DNA of 38,378 nt from a virus: the IMG/VR virus record IMGVR_UViG_3300035193_000016. One strand, given 5' to 3'. Positions 14,784 to 24,253 of this stretch are shown in pieces; the stretch's first letter is position 1; the number at the start of each line of letters is the position of its first letter. The notes under the pieces are model-generated. The model saw only the letters and a list, made by a program, of their open reading frames with translations. It searched no databases and was not told the origin of the DNA. Position numbers and translations under genes: made by a program.

Positions 14784-16026
14784 TAATTTCTCTCTTACCG
14801 ATAAACAACACGAAGTTCTTTGCTACTGGAACGAATACAATCCTGTACATCTGATCCTCGAAGGCGCTGTAAGATCGGGGAAAACACACATCGACAATCT
14901 GCTGTTTCTGCAGCATGTCGGCTTGCTTCCAAAGCCAAGCAAGGACGTGATCCTCACAGGGCGCACGATTGGTTCTCTTGAACGAAACGTAATTAAGCCG
15001 CTCTCTGAATTTCTAGGACAGACGGTCAAGCTTGATCAGTTCGGCAGGTTTGATCTTGGTCGACATAAGGTGAATTGTTTTGGGGCCGACACCGAGGCAA
15101 GTTACAAAACAATGACCGGCATGACCGGTTACGGATGGTATGCCAACGAGGTCACCAACCAGCATCCGAACACCATCAACGAAGCCTTTCAGAGGTGTAG
15201 CGGCGAGGGAACGCGGGTGTTGTGGGATACCAATCCTGACCACCCGTATCACATGGTTAAAACGGATTACATCGACAAAACGGGGATCAAGAACGAATCC
15301 GGGCGAGAGCTGATCAAGGCATTTCACTTCCGGCTGGAGGACAACGAGTTCCTGACGCCTGAGTACATCGAGCGGGTAAAGCGCACTACTCCGGTGGGTA
15401 TGTGGTATGATCGACGGATTAAGGGGCTATGGGTTGCCGCCGAGGGAATTATTTATGAGATATTCGATCGAGAGGCTCATGTCGTAGAGCCGTTTGAGAT
15501 ACCCCAGAATTGGCAGCGTGTCCGCGGTATCGACTTCGGCACAATCCACCCATTTGTCATGCTGTGGGGAGCGATCGATCCGGACGGCAGACTCTATATC
15601 TATCGGGAATACTACAAGACCAACACGTTGATACGAGATCACGCAGCGGCAATCAGAGAGCTTTCCGGCGAAGAGCGCTATTTGTGGACGGTGAGCGACC
15701 ACGATGCACAGGAGCGTATCGAGTACGACGCACAGGACATCCCAACAAGGATGGCGCAGAAAGAGGTGATGCTCGGCATAGACTTTGTAGCACAGCGCCT
15801 TACCAAGCAGGTTGACAATCTACCAAGATGTATGATATTCAATACATGCAAGAATTTGATACGCCAAATGGGGACGTATCGATGGAAGCCGTATGAGGAC
15901 GGTAAGCCTTTCAAGGAGGAGCCGCTGAAGGTTGATGACGACGGGCCGGATGTCCTGAGGTACATGATCATGGAGCTAGATTATCCCGGGATTCCGGAGG
16001 TCACGGCCACGCAGAGGATCTGGTAG
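14770..16026 (+). CDS. terL: terminase large subunit (PBSX/Terminase_3-like)
   Basis: Walker A is LEGAVRSGKTH and a C-terminal nuclease region carries acidic motifs. 418 aa. The TTG start is as given in the ORF track. Confidence 0.85.
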   Translation: MFRADNFSLTDKQHEVLCYWNEYNPVHLILEGAVRSGKTHIDNLLFLQHVGLLPKPSKDVILTGRTIGSLERNVIKPLSEFLGQTVKLDQFGRFDLGRHKVNCFGADTEASYKTMTGMTGYGWYANEVTNQHPNTINEAFQRCSGEGTRVLWDTNPDHPYHMVKTDYIDKTGIKNESGRELIKAFHFRLEDNEFLTPEYIERVKRTTPVGMWYDRRIKGLWVAAEGIIYEIFDREAHVVEPFEIPQNWQRVRGIDFGTIHPFVMLWGAIDPDGRLYIYREYYKTNTLIRDHAAAIRELSGEERYLWTVSDHDAQERIEYDAQDIPTRMAQKEVMLGIDFVAQRLTKQVDNLPRCMIFNTCKNLIRQMGTYRWKPYEDGKPFKEEPLKVDDDGPDVLRYMIMELDYPGIPEVTATQRIW

Positions 16027-17441
16027 TGAACGATATCATTGAGCAATTGCATGTCAATGAAGCGATGCTTACCTCGGAAATGCTTCGTGATCTTGTGGAA
16101 GAACAGAGGGCTCCTCGTGGTCGCGGTCGGATCACAAAGCAGCTTGAATCGAGATACGACCAAAGCAAGGTCCCGATCAAAGAAAAGCGGGTTGCTAATC
16201 CTCAGAAGGTTAACGAGAAAATACCAAACGACTTTTTTTCAGACATCGTCGACACCAAGCAAGGATATATGGGGAACGAAGTTACTGTAGAGCTCGACCC
16301 CCAAAAATACGGCGATGCTGAAAACGACGTGGTGAAGAGATTTTTAACACTGAACGATTCGATTGACCAAAACAGCGAGATGGTAAAGGCCTCAGGCATA
16401 GCAGGACGCGGATATCGACTCCTGTATATTCCAGAAGGCCGAAACGAGATAAGGGTTAAGCAACTCCCGGCAAGTGAGACGGTTGTCTATACCGATGATT
16501 CACTTGGTGAGTCAATCTATGCTATGCGATATTGGGACATTACCGATATCACGTACGGCAATGCCGGGCATAAACAACGACAGAAGCGCACAAAGGTCGA
16601 ATGGTATGACCGCGAAATCGTGACAATCTATCTTGACGACGGTCGTGGCAACTATGCAAAAATCGGCGAATTCCCGCATCTATTCTCCGGCGTTCCGATT
16701 ATAGAGTTTCTGAACAATGAAGAAGGGTTAGGTGAAGCCGAGAAAGTGCTTGATCTTATCGATGCATACGATACGGTAATATCAGCGACGACAAGCGAGA
16801 TCGAGCAATTGCGTTTAGCCTATCTTGCACTCAAGGGTCATGTCGGAAAGGTAGATGACGACACGCTCAAAAAGCTTGAGCAAACCGGTATCTTGCCGCT
16901 TGCATCCGATGGTGACGCAAAATTTGTTACCAAGGATGTATCTGTCGAAGGTATCAAGGTGCTGCTTGATGAGATCAGAACCAACATTTATGAGTTTTCG
17001 CGTGGGATTGATCTAAGCCGCGACTATGGTGGTGATTTGCGGGTAATCGGCTGGCAGGTGGCGCTACTAAATCTTGAGAATTCGTGCAAGGTAACCGAGC
17101 GTAAGTTCAAGCGGGCGCTGCGCGAACAGTACCGTATGATCACAGACAAGTGGCGCGAGTGGGGAGAGGCCGACGTTGATTATCTTGATATGCACTTCAC
17201 GTTTACGCGCAACTTCCCGAAGGACATTGGGAGTGAGGCGAAGATATTGCTTGATCTTTTGGGTTCGGTGAGCCGAAAGACCGCCTACTCACTTGTGTCA
17301 TTTATCGACGATCCGGATGATGAGATCGAGGCATTCGAGGCAGAGCGAGAGGAAAATGCAAATCTATTTGGGATAGGAAATGCCGACACGAGATTTGAAG
17401 ACGAATCAACAGCGGGCGACGAGAATGACTCTAATGAATGA
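16026..17441 (+). CDS. portal protein (SPP1 gp6-like)
   Basis: 471 aa, directly after terL. KIPNDFFSDIVDTKQGYMGNEV and DAYDTVISATTSEIEQLRLAYLALKG resemble SPP1-type portals. Acidic C-terminus. Confidence 0.75.
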   Translation: MNDIIEQLHVNEAMLTSEMLRDLVEEQRAPRGRGRITKQLESRYDQSKVPIKEKRVANPQKVNEKIPNDFFSDIVDTKQGYMGNEVTVELDPQKYGDAENDVVKRFLTLNDSIDQNSEMVKASGIAGRGYRLLYIPEGRNEIRVKQLPASETVVYTDDSLGESIYAMRYWDITDITYGNAGHKQRQKRTKVEWYDREIVTIYLDDGRGNYAKIGEFPHLFSGVPIIEFLNNEEGLGEAEKVLDLIDAYDTVISATTSEIEQLRLAYLALKGHVGKVDDDTLKKLEQTGILPLASDGDAKFVTKDVSVEGIKVLLDEIRTNIYEFSRGIDLSRDYGGDLRVIGWQVALLNLENSCKVTERKFKRALREQYRMITDKWREWGEADVDYLDMHFTFTRNFPKDIGSEAKILLDLLGSVSRKTAYSLVSFIDDPDDEIEAFEAEREENANLFGIGNADTRFEDESTAGDENDSNE

Positions 17442-18333
17442 GACTCGCGCAGTTCGTGAGCTTGCCCGCAATTACTCTAATGCCATAGACGAGATCAGGA
17501 ACGAGCTCGCCAAACTGTACGAACGCTATGCCGAGAATGGTGTACTGACACATTCGGAGATGAGCAAGTATAACAGGTTGCGAAATCTTGAACGACATAT
17601 CACGGAAGAGCTTCAGCCGTCGATACTGAAAAACAATGCGTTGATCGAGAAGATCAGTGAAGTCCAGTACGAGGAGGCGTTCTATCGCCACGCATGGTCC
17701 ATCGATCAGACTGTGGGCGTTGGCTTGCGGTGGGGTGGACTGAGTGCCGATCAGATACGAGCCGCCGTTGAAAATGACTTGCGTCATCTTGCGGCGCGTG
17801 ATCTTGCAAATTCAACGTTGACTCGCGTACGGCGATCGATAGCGCAAGGGCTAACTCGTGGTGTATCGCTGAACCGGATGATGCGTGAGATTAGAAGCGC
17901 TATGGAAACAACAGTCGGTCAAGCGATGCGTATCGTACGAACCGAGGCGCATCGGGCACGAGAGCTTGGCGGCATGCGGGCGACCGATATAGCGCGAGAA
18001 CGCGGTGTCAATATCGTGCGAATATGGGATGCGACACTCGACGACAGGACGCGTCCACGTCATGCGTCACTTGATGGACAGCAAGAGCAGAACGGCGGAT
18101 GGATGCTTAGCGGCGTAAAGGCTGAGTATCCCGGCGATCCGGCATTGCCAGCATCACAATCGATTCATTGCCGGTGTTCAGCCGTTGATGAAGTGGAAGG
18201 ATATTCGCCAAGACTTCGGCGGATACGCGGAGAAGGGTTACAGCCATACCAGACGTTTGGTGAATGGGCGAGGGGCCGAGGCATCAAGGCGAATCGGTAT
18301 GGAGAGCAATACAACTTTTTGGAGGCTAACTAA
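17425..18333 (+). CDS. minor head protein (Mu F / SPP1 gp7-like head morphogenesis protein)
   Basis: RIVRTEAHRARELG ... WDATLDDRTRPRHASLDGQ is the Phage_Mu_F signature. The start is uncertain between 17425 and 17434. Confidence 0.75.
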   Translation: MTLMNETRAVRELARNYSNAIDEIRNELAKLYERYAENGVLTHSEMSKYNRLRNLERHITEELQPSILKNNALIEKISEVQYEEAFYRHAWSIDQTVGVGLRWGGLSADQIRAAVENDLRHLAARDLANSTLTRVRRSIAQGLTRGVSLNRMMREIRSAMETTVGQAMRIVRTEAHRARELGGMRATDIARERGVNIVRIWDATLDDRTRPRHASLDGQQEQNGGWMLSGVKAEYPGDPALPASQSIHCRCSAVDEVEGYSPRLRRIRGEGLQPYQTFGEWARGRGIKANRYGEQYNFLEAN

Positions 18334-18935
18334 TGGCTGAAGATCAGAATCATGACCAGAATACTGAAGAGTCTGGTAACGAAGAAGATCAGACGTTTAC
18401 AAAGGAACAGGCAGAAAAGCTTGCGGCGGACGCCGTAGCAAAGGCCACCGAATCGCTCAAGAAAGAGTATGGGGGCATTCAGTCCGGTTTACAAAAGACG
18501 GTAAACGAAAAGGATGCCGAGCTCAAAAAGCTGCGCGAAGCGCAGATGAGCGATGAGGAAAAATGGAAGGCCGAGATGGAAGAGACGCGCCGCCTTATCA
18601 ATGAGGAAAAGTCTCTGCGCATCAAGGCAGAAAACAAATCAGTAGCACAGACCTTGCTTAACGAGGCTGGTCTGAAGGTCAGCCAAAAACTACTGGATCG
18701 GCTGGTTGCTGATGACGTTGAACAAACAAAAGAGTTTGTAAGTGCGTACATCGAAACCGCAAAGGAGCTGACTGCCGAGGCGAACAAGGCCCATGACCGC
18801 GCAAATGGGCGTCGCATTGAGACCGTCCACAAGGACGGCGGGAAAGTTTCGTATGATCAGCTCAGAGAAATGAGCGACGACGAAATCAAGCAATTTAGCC
18901 CTGAGGAAATCGCCAAGATTACCAGCGGGCAATAG
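18333..18935 (+). CDS. scaffolding protein
   Basis: 200 aa, highly charged coiled coil, located between the portal/F-like genes and the capsid gene. Confidence 0.7.
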   Translation: MAEDQNHDQNTEESGNEEDQTFTKEQAEKLAADAVAKATESLKKEYGGIQSGLQKTVNEKDAELKKLREAQMSDEEKWKAEMEETRRLINEEKSLRIKAENKSVAQTLLNEAGLKVSQKLLDRLVADDVEQTKEFVSAYIETAKELTAEANKAHDRANGRRIETVHKDGGKVSYDQLREMSDDEIKQFSPEEIAKITSGQ

Positions 18936-18944
18936 GAGTAGCAA

Positions 18945-19835
18945 ATGGGAACGGCTGAATTTCGCCCTGCCATTTGGTCGGCAAATATCATCGTCAACGT
19001 AGAAAAAGCTCTGGTGTTTCGAAACTTCGTGAACACCGACTATGAAGGCGAGATCACTGCGGCCGGGCAGAGCGTAAACATCAATGAAATCGGTGACATC
19101 AACGTCAACGATTATACCGAGGGCACGGACATGACCGTCCAACGCCTTACCGGTGCACAGCGTAAACTAATCGTCGATCAACAGAAGTACTTCAACTTCG
19201 GGGTCGATTCGATCGAGCGACGGCAAGCAAGGGGCAACCTTATTGCGGCCGCGACACAGAAGGCAGGGTTCGCAATCGCGGATACCATAGATCAGTTCAT
19301 TGCAGCCAAGTACACGGATGCAGGAATCACTACCAGTGGGCTCGGGACGTCGAGTTCCAGCCTCTCGCTGTACTCGGTGCATTCCAGCTCCGCGTCGAAT
19401 CTTGCCGGATTTTTCTCGCGGGTTAACCGGTACATGGATCAGGCAAACTGCCCGAGCATGGGTAGGTGGATTGTCATTCCGCCATGGCTGCATTCGTGGA
19501 TCACGTATTCGCAGCTTAGCGACGATTTGACAGTGGGTAACATGGCAGGAATTACGCCGCTACTTGGCACCGGAAACGGATTTGTCGGGTCGCTGGCTGG
19601 TCTTGCTATTTACGCATCGAACAACGTCAGTACGAACGGAAGCACGCAATGGCGCGTAATGTTTGGCACCAACGACGCGATCAGCTATGCGGGTCAGATA
19701 ACTGAAATCAAAAGCGGCCCGATCGAAAAGCAGTTTGGCGAGTTTGTTGCCGGTCTTTACGTCTACGGTGCGAAGGTCGTTCGTCCTGATCGCCTCGGCG
19801 TAGCGTACGTCGATGACGCAGGACTCTCGACGTAA
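18945..19835 (+). CDS. major capsid protein (HK97-fold, P22-coat-like)
   Basis: Position after the scaffold gene, 296 aa, with an N-terminal pattern AIWSANIIVNVEKALVFRNFVNTDYEGEI...GQSVNI. Confidence 0.75.
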   Translation: MGTAEFRPAIWSANIIVNVEKALVFRNFVNTDYEGEITAAGQSVNINEIGDINVNDYTEGTDMTVQRLTGAQRKLIVDQQKYFNFGVDSIERRQARGNLIAAATQKAGFAIADTIDQFIAAKYTDAGITTSGLGTSSSSLSLYSVHSSSASNLAGFFSRVNRYMDQANCPSMGRWIVIPPWLHSWITYSQLSDDLTVGNMAGITPLLGTGNGFVGSLAGLAIYASNNVSTNGSTQWRVMFGTNDAISYAGQITEIKSGPIEKQFGEFVAGLYVYGAKVVRPDRLGVAYVDDAGLST

Positions 19836-19849
19836 GGAGGGTATGGAAC

Positions 19850-20308
19850 ATGGCTGAACGAACAATTGCACCGATGGTCATTGGCCCAGCCGGCAGCACC
19901 GGGCTGCTTGGGCTCATGAAGACCTCTGAATGGCAGACGCTTTCGAGCGCCGACAATGCACACATTGATCTTGACGACACCTCTACCGCGATCCGTGGTG
20001 AGGATGTCATTGTCTTGCTCCACGTTTCAAGCGGTACTACGGCTCCGGGAATCAAGATTCTTACCTCGACCAAAAGCCCTTACACAGGAAGTGGCCAGGC
20101 AGATCAGACCTTTACGTTTTCGGCGGACGTGTCGCTTTCGACTATCGGGTCGAGTGGGAGCGTGATCAAGGGTACCGTGGTCGTGCTCGGGCCGTTTGAG
20201 ACGGCTCGATATAAGGACACCGACGGTTATCTTAACTTCGTCCGATCGACGGGCGATACGGCTGCTGCTGACTACAAGGTCCACGCAATTGTGATCAAGA
20301 GGAAGTAA
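19850..20308 (+). CDS. Ser/Thr/Gly-rich head-associated protein (decoration protein candidate)
   Basis: 152-aa ORF directly after the MCP gene with AAGGAGGG upstream. Beta-rich, Ser/Thr-rich composition and no family recognised. Confidence 0.5.
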   Translation: MAERTIAPMVIGPAGSTGLLGLMKTSEWQTLSSADNAHIDLDDTSTAIRGEDVIVLLHVSSGTTAPGIKILTSTKSPYTGSGQADQTFTFSADVSLSTIGSSGSVIKGTVVVLGPFETARYKDTDGYLNFVRSTGDTAAADYKVHAIVIKRK

Positions 20309-21000
20309 TGGGAGGATCACTTGCAATCCTGGGAACGGCACCAAGCCGTTCCCAGGCTCCATTCCACGATAAGGACATCACGATTTGGGGCGTCAGCGGG
20401 ACGCAAAAGGCGAATGATGTCGAACGTGTGGATGTGTTGTTTGAGCTTCATCCAAAACGGTATTGGGGAATACCCGCGGTCATGGCAAACTTGAAGGAGT
20501 TCGATGGAAATGTTGTGATGCAAGATCACTACGATGATATCCCTAAATCGGTTGCCTATCCGTATAATGAAGTCAAGGAGCGGTTTTATATTCCGGCAAT
20601 GGGAGCAAATCTATATGTGACCAATACGATCACCTGGATGATGCTAAAGGGCATACTTGACGGGTTTGATGACTTCCAATTATACGGCGTCCACATGGAA
20701 CACGAGACCGAGTATGCCTATCAGCAGCCGAACGTTGCATGGGCGGCCGGGATTATCCAGGGGCTCGGGCTGAGATTATATGTTGCCGGCGAGAGTACGC
20801 TTTTGAAGGCCAGATTTGAATACGGATTTCATGAGCCGACTGCTTTAATGCGTGCGATTACTGATCGACAGGAAGCCCTTTCGAACGGCGTAGAACAAGA
20901 GAAGCGGAAGATGACGGCCGCAAAGGAAAACATGCTGCGCACTGAGGGAGCGATGCAGGAGGCTGAGCATTGGCGAAAATACGTAAGCGGGCAGAAGTAA
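20308..21000 (+). CDS. enzyme-like protein, paralogue A (candidate Cst/Maf-type nonulosonic acid transferase)
   Basis: Shares blocks with paralogue B: ILGTAPS.., IWGVSG, VD..FE.HP, MQDHYD, AYP, LYVTNT, YG..ME.E.EY.YQ.PN. The N-terminal strand-Gly-x-x-P-S and the TNT...G(Y/F)DD...YG segments recall GT42/DUF115 folds. Confidence 0.4.
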   Translation: MGGSLAILGTAPSRSQAPFHDKDITIWGVSGTQKANDVERVDVLFELHPKRYWGIPAVMANLKEFDGNVVMQDHYDDIPKSVAYPYNEVKERFYIPAMGANLYVTNTITWMMLKGILDGFDDFQLYGVHMEHETEYAYQQPNVAWAAGIIQGLGLRLYVAGESTLLKARFEYGFHEPTALMRAITDRQEALSNGVEQEKRKMTAAKENMLRTEGAMQEAEHWRKYVSGQK

Positions 21001-21704
21001 AGCGCACCACTGAGAAGCCGGAACGGCCGAAGCTCATCATGCTCGGCACGGCACGAAACCGGGGCGATGCTCCGTTTGACGACGAGAGCGTTGAAATTTG
21101 GGGCGTATCAGGCGTGCTGACCGCGACGGACGTGAAGCGTGTTGATACCATATTCGAGATGCATCCGAGACGGTTTTGGGCTGACGACGCGATTCTGCGC
21201 GTACTAAACGGACACGGCGGAGACGTGTGGATGCAGGATCACTATGATGAGGTTCCCAATTCTCGTGCCTATCCGATAGACGTGGTGCGGAACGCATTCT
21301 ATATGCCTACCATGGGAGACACGCTGTACGTGACGAACACCGTGAGCTACATGCTCGCGATGGCGCTTTTGATGGGATACGATGACATTGAAACGTTCGG
21401 CATATGGATGGAGGCGGAAGGTGAGTACGGCTACCAGCGGCCAAACTGTGAGTTTTTCCTTGGCTACGCCCATGCGATGGGAGTCAAGGTAAAGCTCAAC
21501 GGGGGAGACGTACTTAAAGCCAATTTCCTATACGGGTACGAAGAGCCGAGAATGCTTGCCGCGCTGGTTGAAGAGGGTAAGCAGTTACAGAACGGCATGG
21601 ACGAATTGCAACGCGAACTTGAAGAGACAAAGCGGAGATTCTATCACCAGGAAGGCGGGATCAAGTATAACAAGCAACTGCGAAGGCGGTTTGGGGGCTA
21701 TTGA
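20970..21704 (+). CDS. enzyme-like protein, paralogue B (candidate Cst/Maf-type nonulosonic acid transferase)
   Basis: TTG at 20970 lies 7 nt after AGGAGG (20957-20962). Roughly 40% identical by eye to paralogue A over about 190 aa. C-terminal coiled coil. Confidence 0.4.
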   Translation: MAKIRKRAEVKRTTEKPERPKLIMLGTARNRGDAPFDDESVEIWGVSGVLTATDVKRVDTIFEMHPRRFWADDAILRVLNGHGGDVWMQDHYDEVPNSRAYPIDVVRNAFYMPTMGDTLYVTNTVSYMLAMALLMGYDDIETFGIWMEAEGEYGYQRPNCEFFLGYAHAMGVKVKLNGGDVLKANFLYGYEEPRMLAALVEEGKQLQNGMDELQRELEETKRRFYHQEGGIKYNKQLRRRFGGY

Positions 21705-22294
21705 TGATAGTCACGAGAGCAGAGGTCTTATCACTTACCAGGTACTCGACTTCCGACACCGATGATCTTGCACTTATCGATACGCTTATACCCTATGTGC
21801 AAGAGGACCTTTGTGACTATCTGAACAACTACTTTCATGACTATTACGTGACCTATGTCTCAGGGTCAATCTCGTTTGTAAAGGGTTCTCCGGACACGAT
21901 CACGGATGGAGAATCTGAGTTTGTGAAAAAGCGGTTTGTGGCTGGTCAGGACATTCATGTTGAGAGTGGGACACTCAACGACGGTATCCACGAGCTCGCG
22001 ACGGTTGCCGCAGGAACGTTGACGCTGACCTCGACAAATGAGTTATACAATATCGCGTACGACGACGGCGACTACAATCTTGGCGGTGTCCGGATTTCGG
22101 CAATCGATTGGCCGAAGTCGCTGAAGTTGGTTGCCGCGCGAATGGTGAAGTACTTGCTTGATCGTAGCGACAAAATAGACGGTACGTTGTCTGAGGTTCA
22201 GGACGGAGTATCTCAGAATTATGACAGAGCACGGACGTATCCAAGAGAGATTCTCGGAATGGCTGACAAGTACAAGCGTTTGGAGTTTTGCTGA
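21704..22294 (+). CDS. head-tail connector/adaptor (gp6-like N-terminus)
   Basis: VTRAEVLSLTRYSTSDTDDLALIDTLIPYVQEDLCDYL is typical of gp6-like connector proteins. ATG overlaps the upstream TGA (TGATG). Confidence 0.5.
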   Translation: MIVTRAEVLSLTRYSTSDTDDLALIDTLIPYVQEDLCDYLNNYFHDYYVTYVSGSISFVKGSPDTITDGESEFVKKRFVAGQDIHVESGTLNDGIHELATVAAGTLTLTSTNELYNIAYDDGDYNLGGVRISAIDWPKSLKLVAARMVKYLLDRSDKIDGTLSEVQDGVSQNYDRARTYPREILGMADKYKRLEFC

Positions 22295-22701
22295 TGTTCA
22301 GTTCACGAGTGATCAGAAAAACAGCAAGAGACTACCCGCAGATTGTCGCGGACATTGTTCCAGGCTTTTTGGAAGAGGCAGGTACCGTTGTTAAGACGGA
22401 GGCAAAAAGGTTGGTGCCGGTAGACATCGGCAATCTCAAAGGGTCCATCAATCACAGGAGGGAAGGGTATCAGGCAATCGTTGGAAGCAATGCAGAATAT
22501 GCCGAGGATGTTGAATATGGGACAGGCCCACATTACATAGGGGCTCCCGTAAATATTCGTGGTGTTGGGTGGAGGTACATCAAAAACCATCCTGGCACGA
22601 AGGAGCAGCCATACATGCGTCCGGCGATTGATGAGAATAGGAAGAAACTGATTCGACGATTCGCTGAACTATTGCGGAGTAGTATTCGTGGCCGAGCTTG
22701 A
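22294..22701 (+). CDS. HK97 gp10-like head-tail joining protein
   Basis: AKRLVPVDIGNLKGSI ... VGSNAEYAEDVEYGTGPH matches the HK97 gp10 family pattern. Confidence 0.65.
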   Translation: MFSSRVIRKTARDYPQIVADIVPGFLEEAGTVVKTEAKRLVPVDIGNLKGSINHRREGYQAIVGSNAEYAEDVEYGTGPHYIGAPVNIRGVGWRYIKNHPGTKEQPYMRPAIDENRKKLIRRFAELLRSSIRGRA

Positions 22702-23071
22702 GACATCGGTTCAAAACCATATGAAAACCCAAGCCACGATTACAACGCATGTAGGGCAGAGAATATTCGAGTATGAAGCAGACAGCGCGGCGCGTCGGCC
22801 GTTCATAGTAATACGAAAAGTCGACGACCTCCGCGCATCATGGACGCAGTCCGTATACGGTGGAATGGCGCGAATATCCATCTATGTATACGCTGCAACG
22901 GTAGATGAGGCGCGGACCATCGGCGCGGCCGTGCTCTCTGTCTATCAACAGTTTCATGGAACGTTGGATACTCACACCGTTGAATGGGTCGAGGTAAGTA
23001 ACGCGCGGTTGTTATTCGGCCCAGGCGATGAGTTTCGATTTCTTGTGGACCTAATAGTCCACTACAACTAG
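22688..23071 (+). CDS. tail completion/terminator-like protein
   Basis: 127-aa ORF between the gp10-like gene and the major tail gene, with a GTG start. The call is positional. Confidence 0.45.
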   Translation: MAELETSVQNHMKTQATITTHVGQRIFEYEADSAARRPFIVIRKVDDLRASWTQSVYGGMARISIYVYAATVDEARTIGAAVLSVYQQFHGTLDTHTVEWVEVSNARLLFGPGDEFRFLVDLIVHYN

Positions 23072-23080
23072 GAGAGCCAT

Positions 23081-23749
23081 ATGGCATTAAATAGTGCACA
23101 TGGGTACTTGTATATCGGAGCGGTAAACAGCACGGCCGATACGGCGCCGGCGCTTGATAGCTCGTCGTGGTACTTGATTACCGGAAAGGCGTCAAGTGGG
23201 TCGGCACTGCCGACCAATCTGACAACCGGCATGGTATTCAAGCAGCTCACGAGTGATCTTCCGGTTGACTCGACGGCGGCATTTTCGAGCAACGATGCGG
23301 TAAAGAAAATCACGCTTACAAAAGCGGCATTCGTCACCGATGTCTCGGTTTCCGTCTCAAAGGAAAAGTTCGAGGAAACCGTACAGACCGACGACGTACG
23401 TTCGTACCAGGTATCGAGCAAACCGGAGAAGACCGGTACGATAAGCGGGTATTGGATCGACAACGATTCAAAGCAACGGGAAATCGTGAAAAAGCTCGAT
23501 ACGGTGACCGAGCAAACCACTACCGGTGGAATCACAAAGACCAGTCCGCAAACGTCTATCTTGAGAATGTTCATGTCCAGGGTCGAGTCGAGCGAGGATA
23601 CCGCAGCGGCGCAGGAGATATGGGAGTATCTTCCGGCAATCGTCGAAGGGCTTACCGGTGACAAGCCGATGGAAGGTCCTGAAACGTTTAGCTTCAACTA
23701 CACGGCCCGCGGCGCGGACAAGCCGGCAACGATTTACATCGACGTATGA
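23081..23749 (+). CDS. major tail protein
   Basis: 222 aa, Ser/Thr-rich, immediately upstream of the chaperone pair and tape measure. AGGAGAG precedes the ATG. Confidence 0.6.
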   Translation: MALNSAHGYLYIGAVNSTADTAPALDSSSWYLITGKASSGSALPTNLTTGMVFKQLTSDLPVDSTAAFSSNDAVKKITLTKAAFVTDVSVSVSKEKFEETVQTDDVRSYQVSSKPEKTGTISGYWIDNDSKQREIVKKLDTVTEQTTTGGITKTSPQTSILRMFMSRVESSEDTAAAQEIWEYLPAIVEGLTGDKPMEGPETFSFNYTARGADKPATIYIDV

Positions 23750-24054
23750 TACGCCTAAAGATAAAAAACCGGCAGTCGGCGGCGGTCGCATATCTCGAAG
23801 CAGATGGGCAGCGGGTAGAAAATGCCCGCTGCCTGTCGCTCCAATACGACGGCACAAAAGCAGTTGGAACATTTGTCATAACGGAGGGAGGCGCGAATGA
23901 AAGTAGTTGCGAATCTGGACGAAAAGTACGTCCCGATGTGGAACAAAAACAGGAGCTTGCCGGAAGCGGACCAAGTGGTCGTGCAGATAAAGTGGCCGAC
24001 AAACGCGCAACGGGAGATGCTAAAGGGATACCGGATCAATCCGAAGACGAGTGA
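23746..24054 (+). CDS. hypothetical ORF overlapping the chaperone start (only the first ~50 codons look protein-like)
   Basis: ATGA overlap with the major tail stop. It runs 157 nt into the chaperone gene in another frame. Confidence 0.3.
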   Translation: MIRLKIKNRQSAAVAYLEADGQRVENARCLSLQYDGTKAVGTFVITEGGANESSCESGRKVRPDVEQKQELAGSGPSGRADKVADKRATGDAKGIPDQSEDE

Positions 24055-24253
24055 AGTGACCGTTTGGTTCGACACCGACACAATTTTGCGTCGTCACATC
24101 GGGACAATTACCAATCTCGATTTGAACGGCAAGCCGATAAAGACAGGCGAGGCGCTTGCCGACGGGCCACCAGCGCTCGGCGGGCTTATCGATGAGCTCA
24201 AGGCGTATGTATGCAGCGAGGATGGAATTGAGGATGGTGAAGAAAAAAACTGA
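23897..24253 (+). CDS. tail assembly chaperone (gpG-like)
   Basis: Position before the tape measure, an acidic C-terminus, and it ends at a slippery run followed by an open -1 frame. Confidence 0.7.
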   Translation: MKVVANLDEKYVPMWNKNRSLPEADQVVVQIKWPTNAQREMLKGYRINPKTSEVTVWFDTDTILRRHIGTITNLDLNGKPIKTGEALADGPPALGGLIDELKAYVCSEDGIEDGEEKN

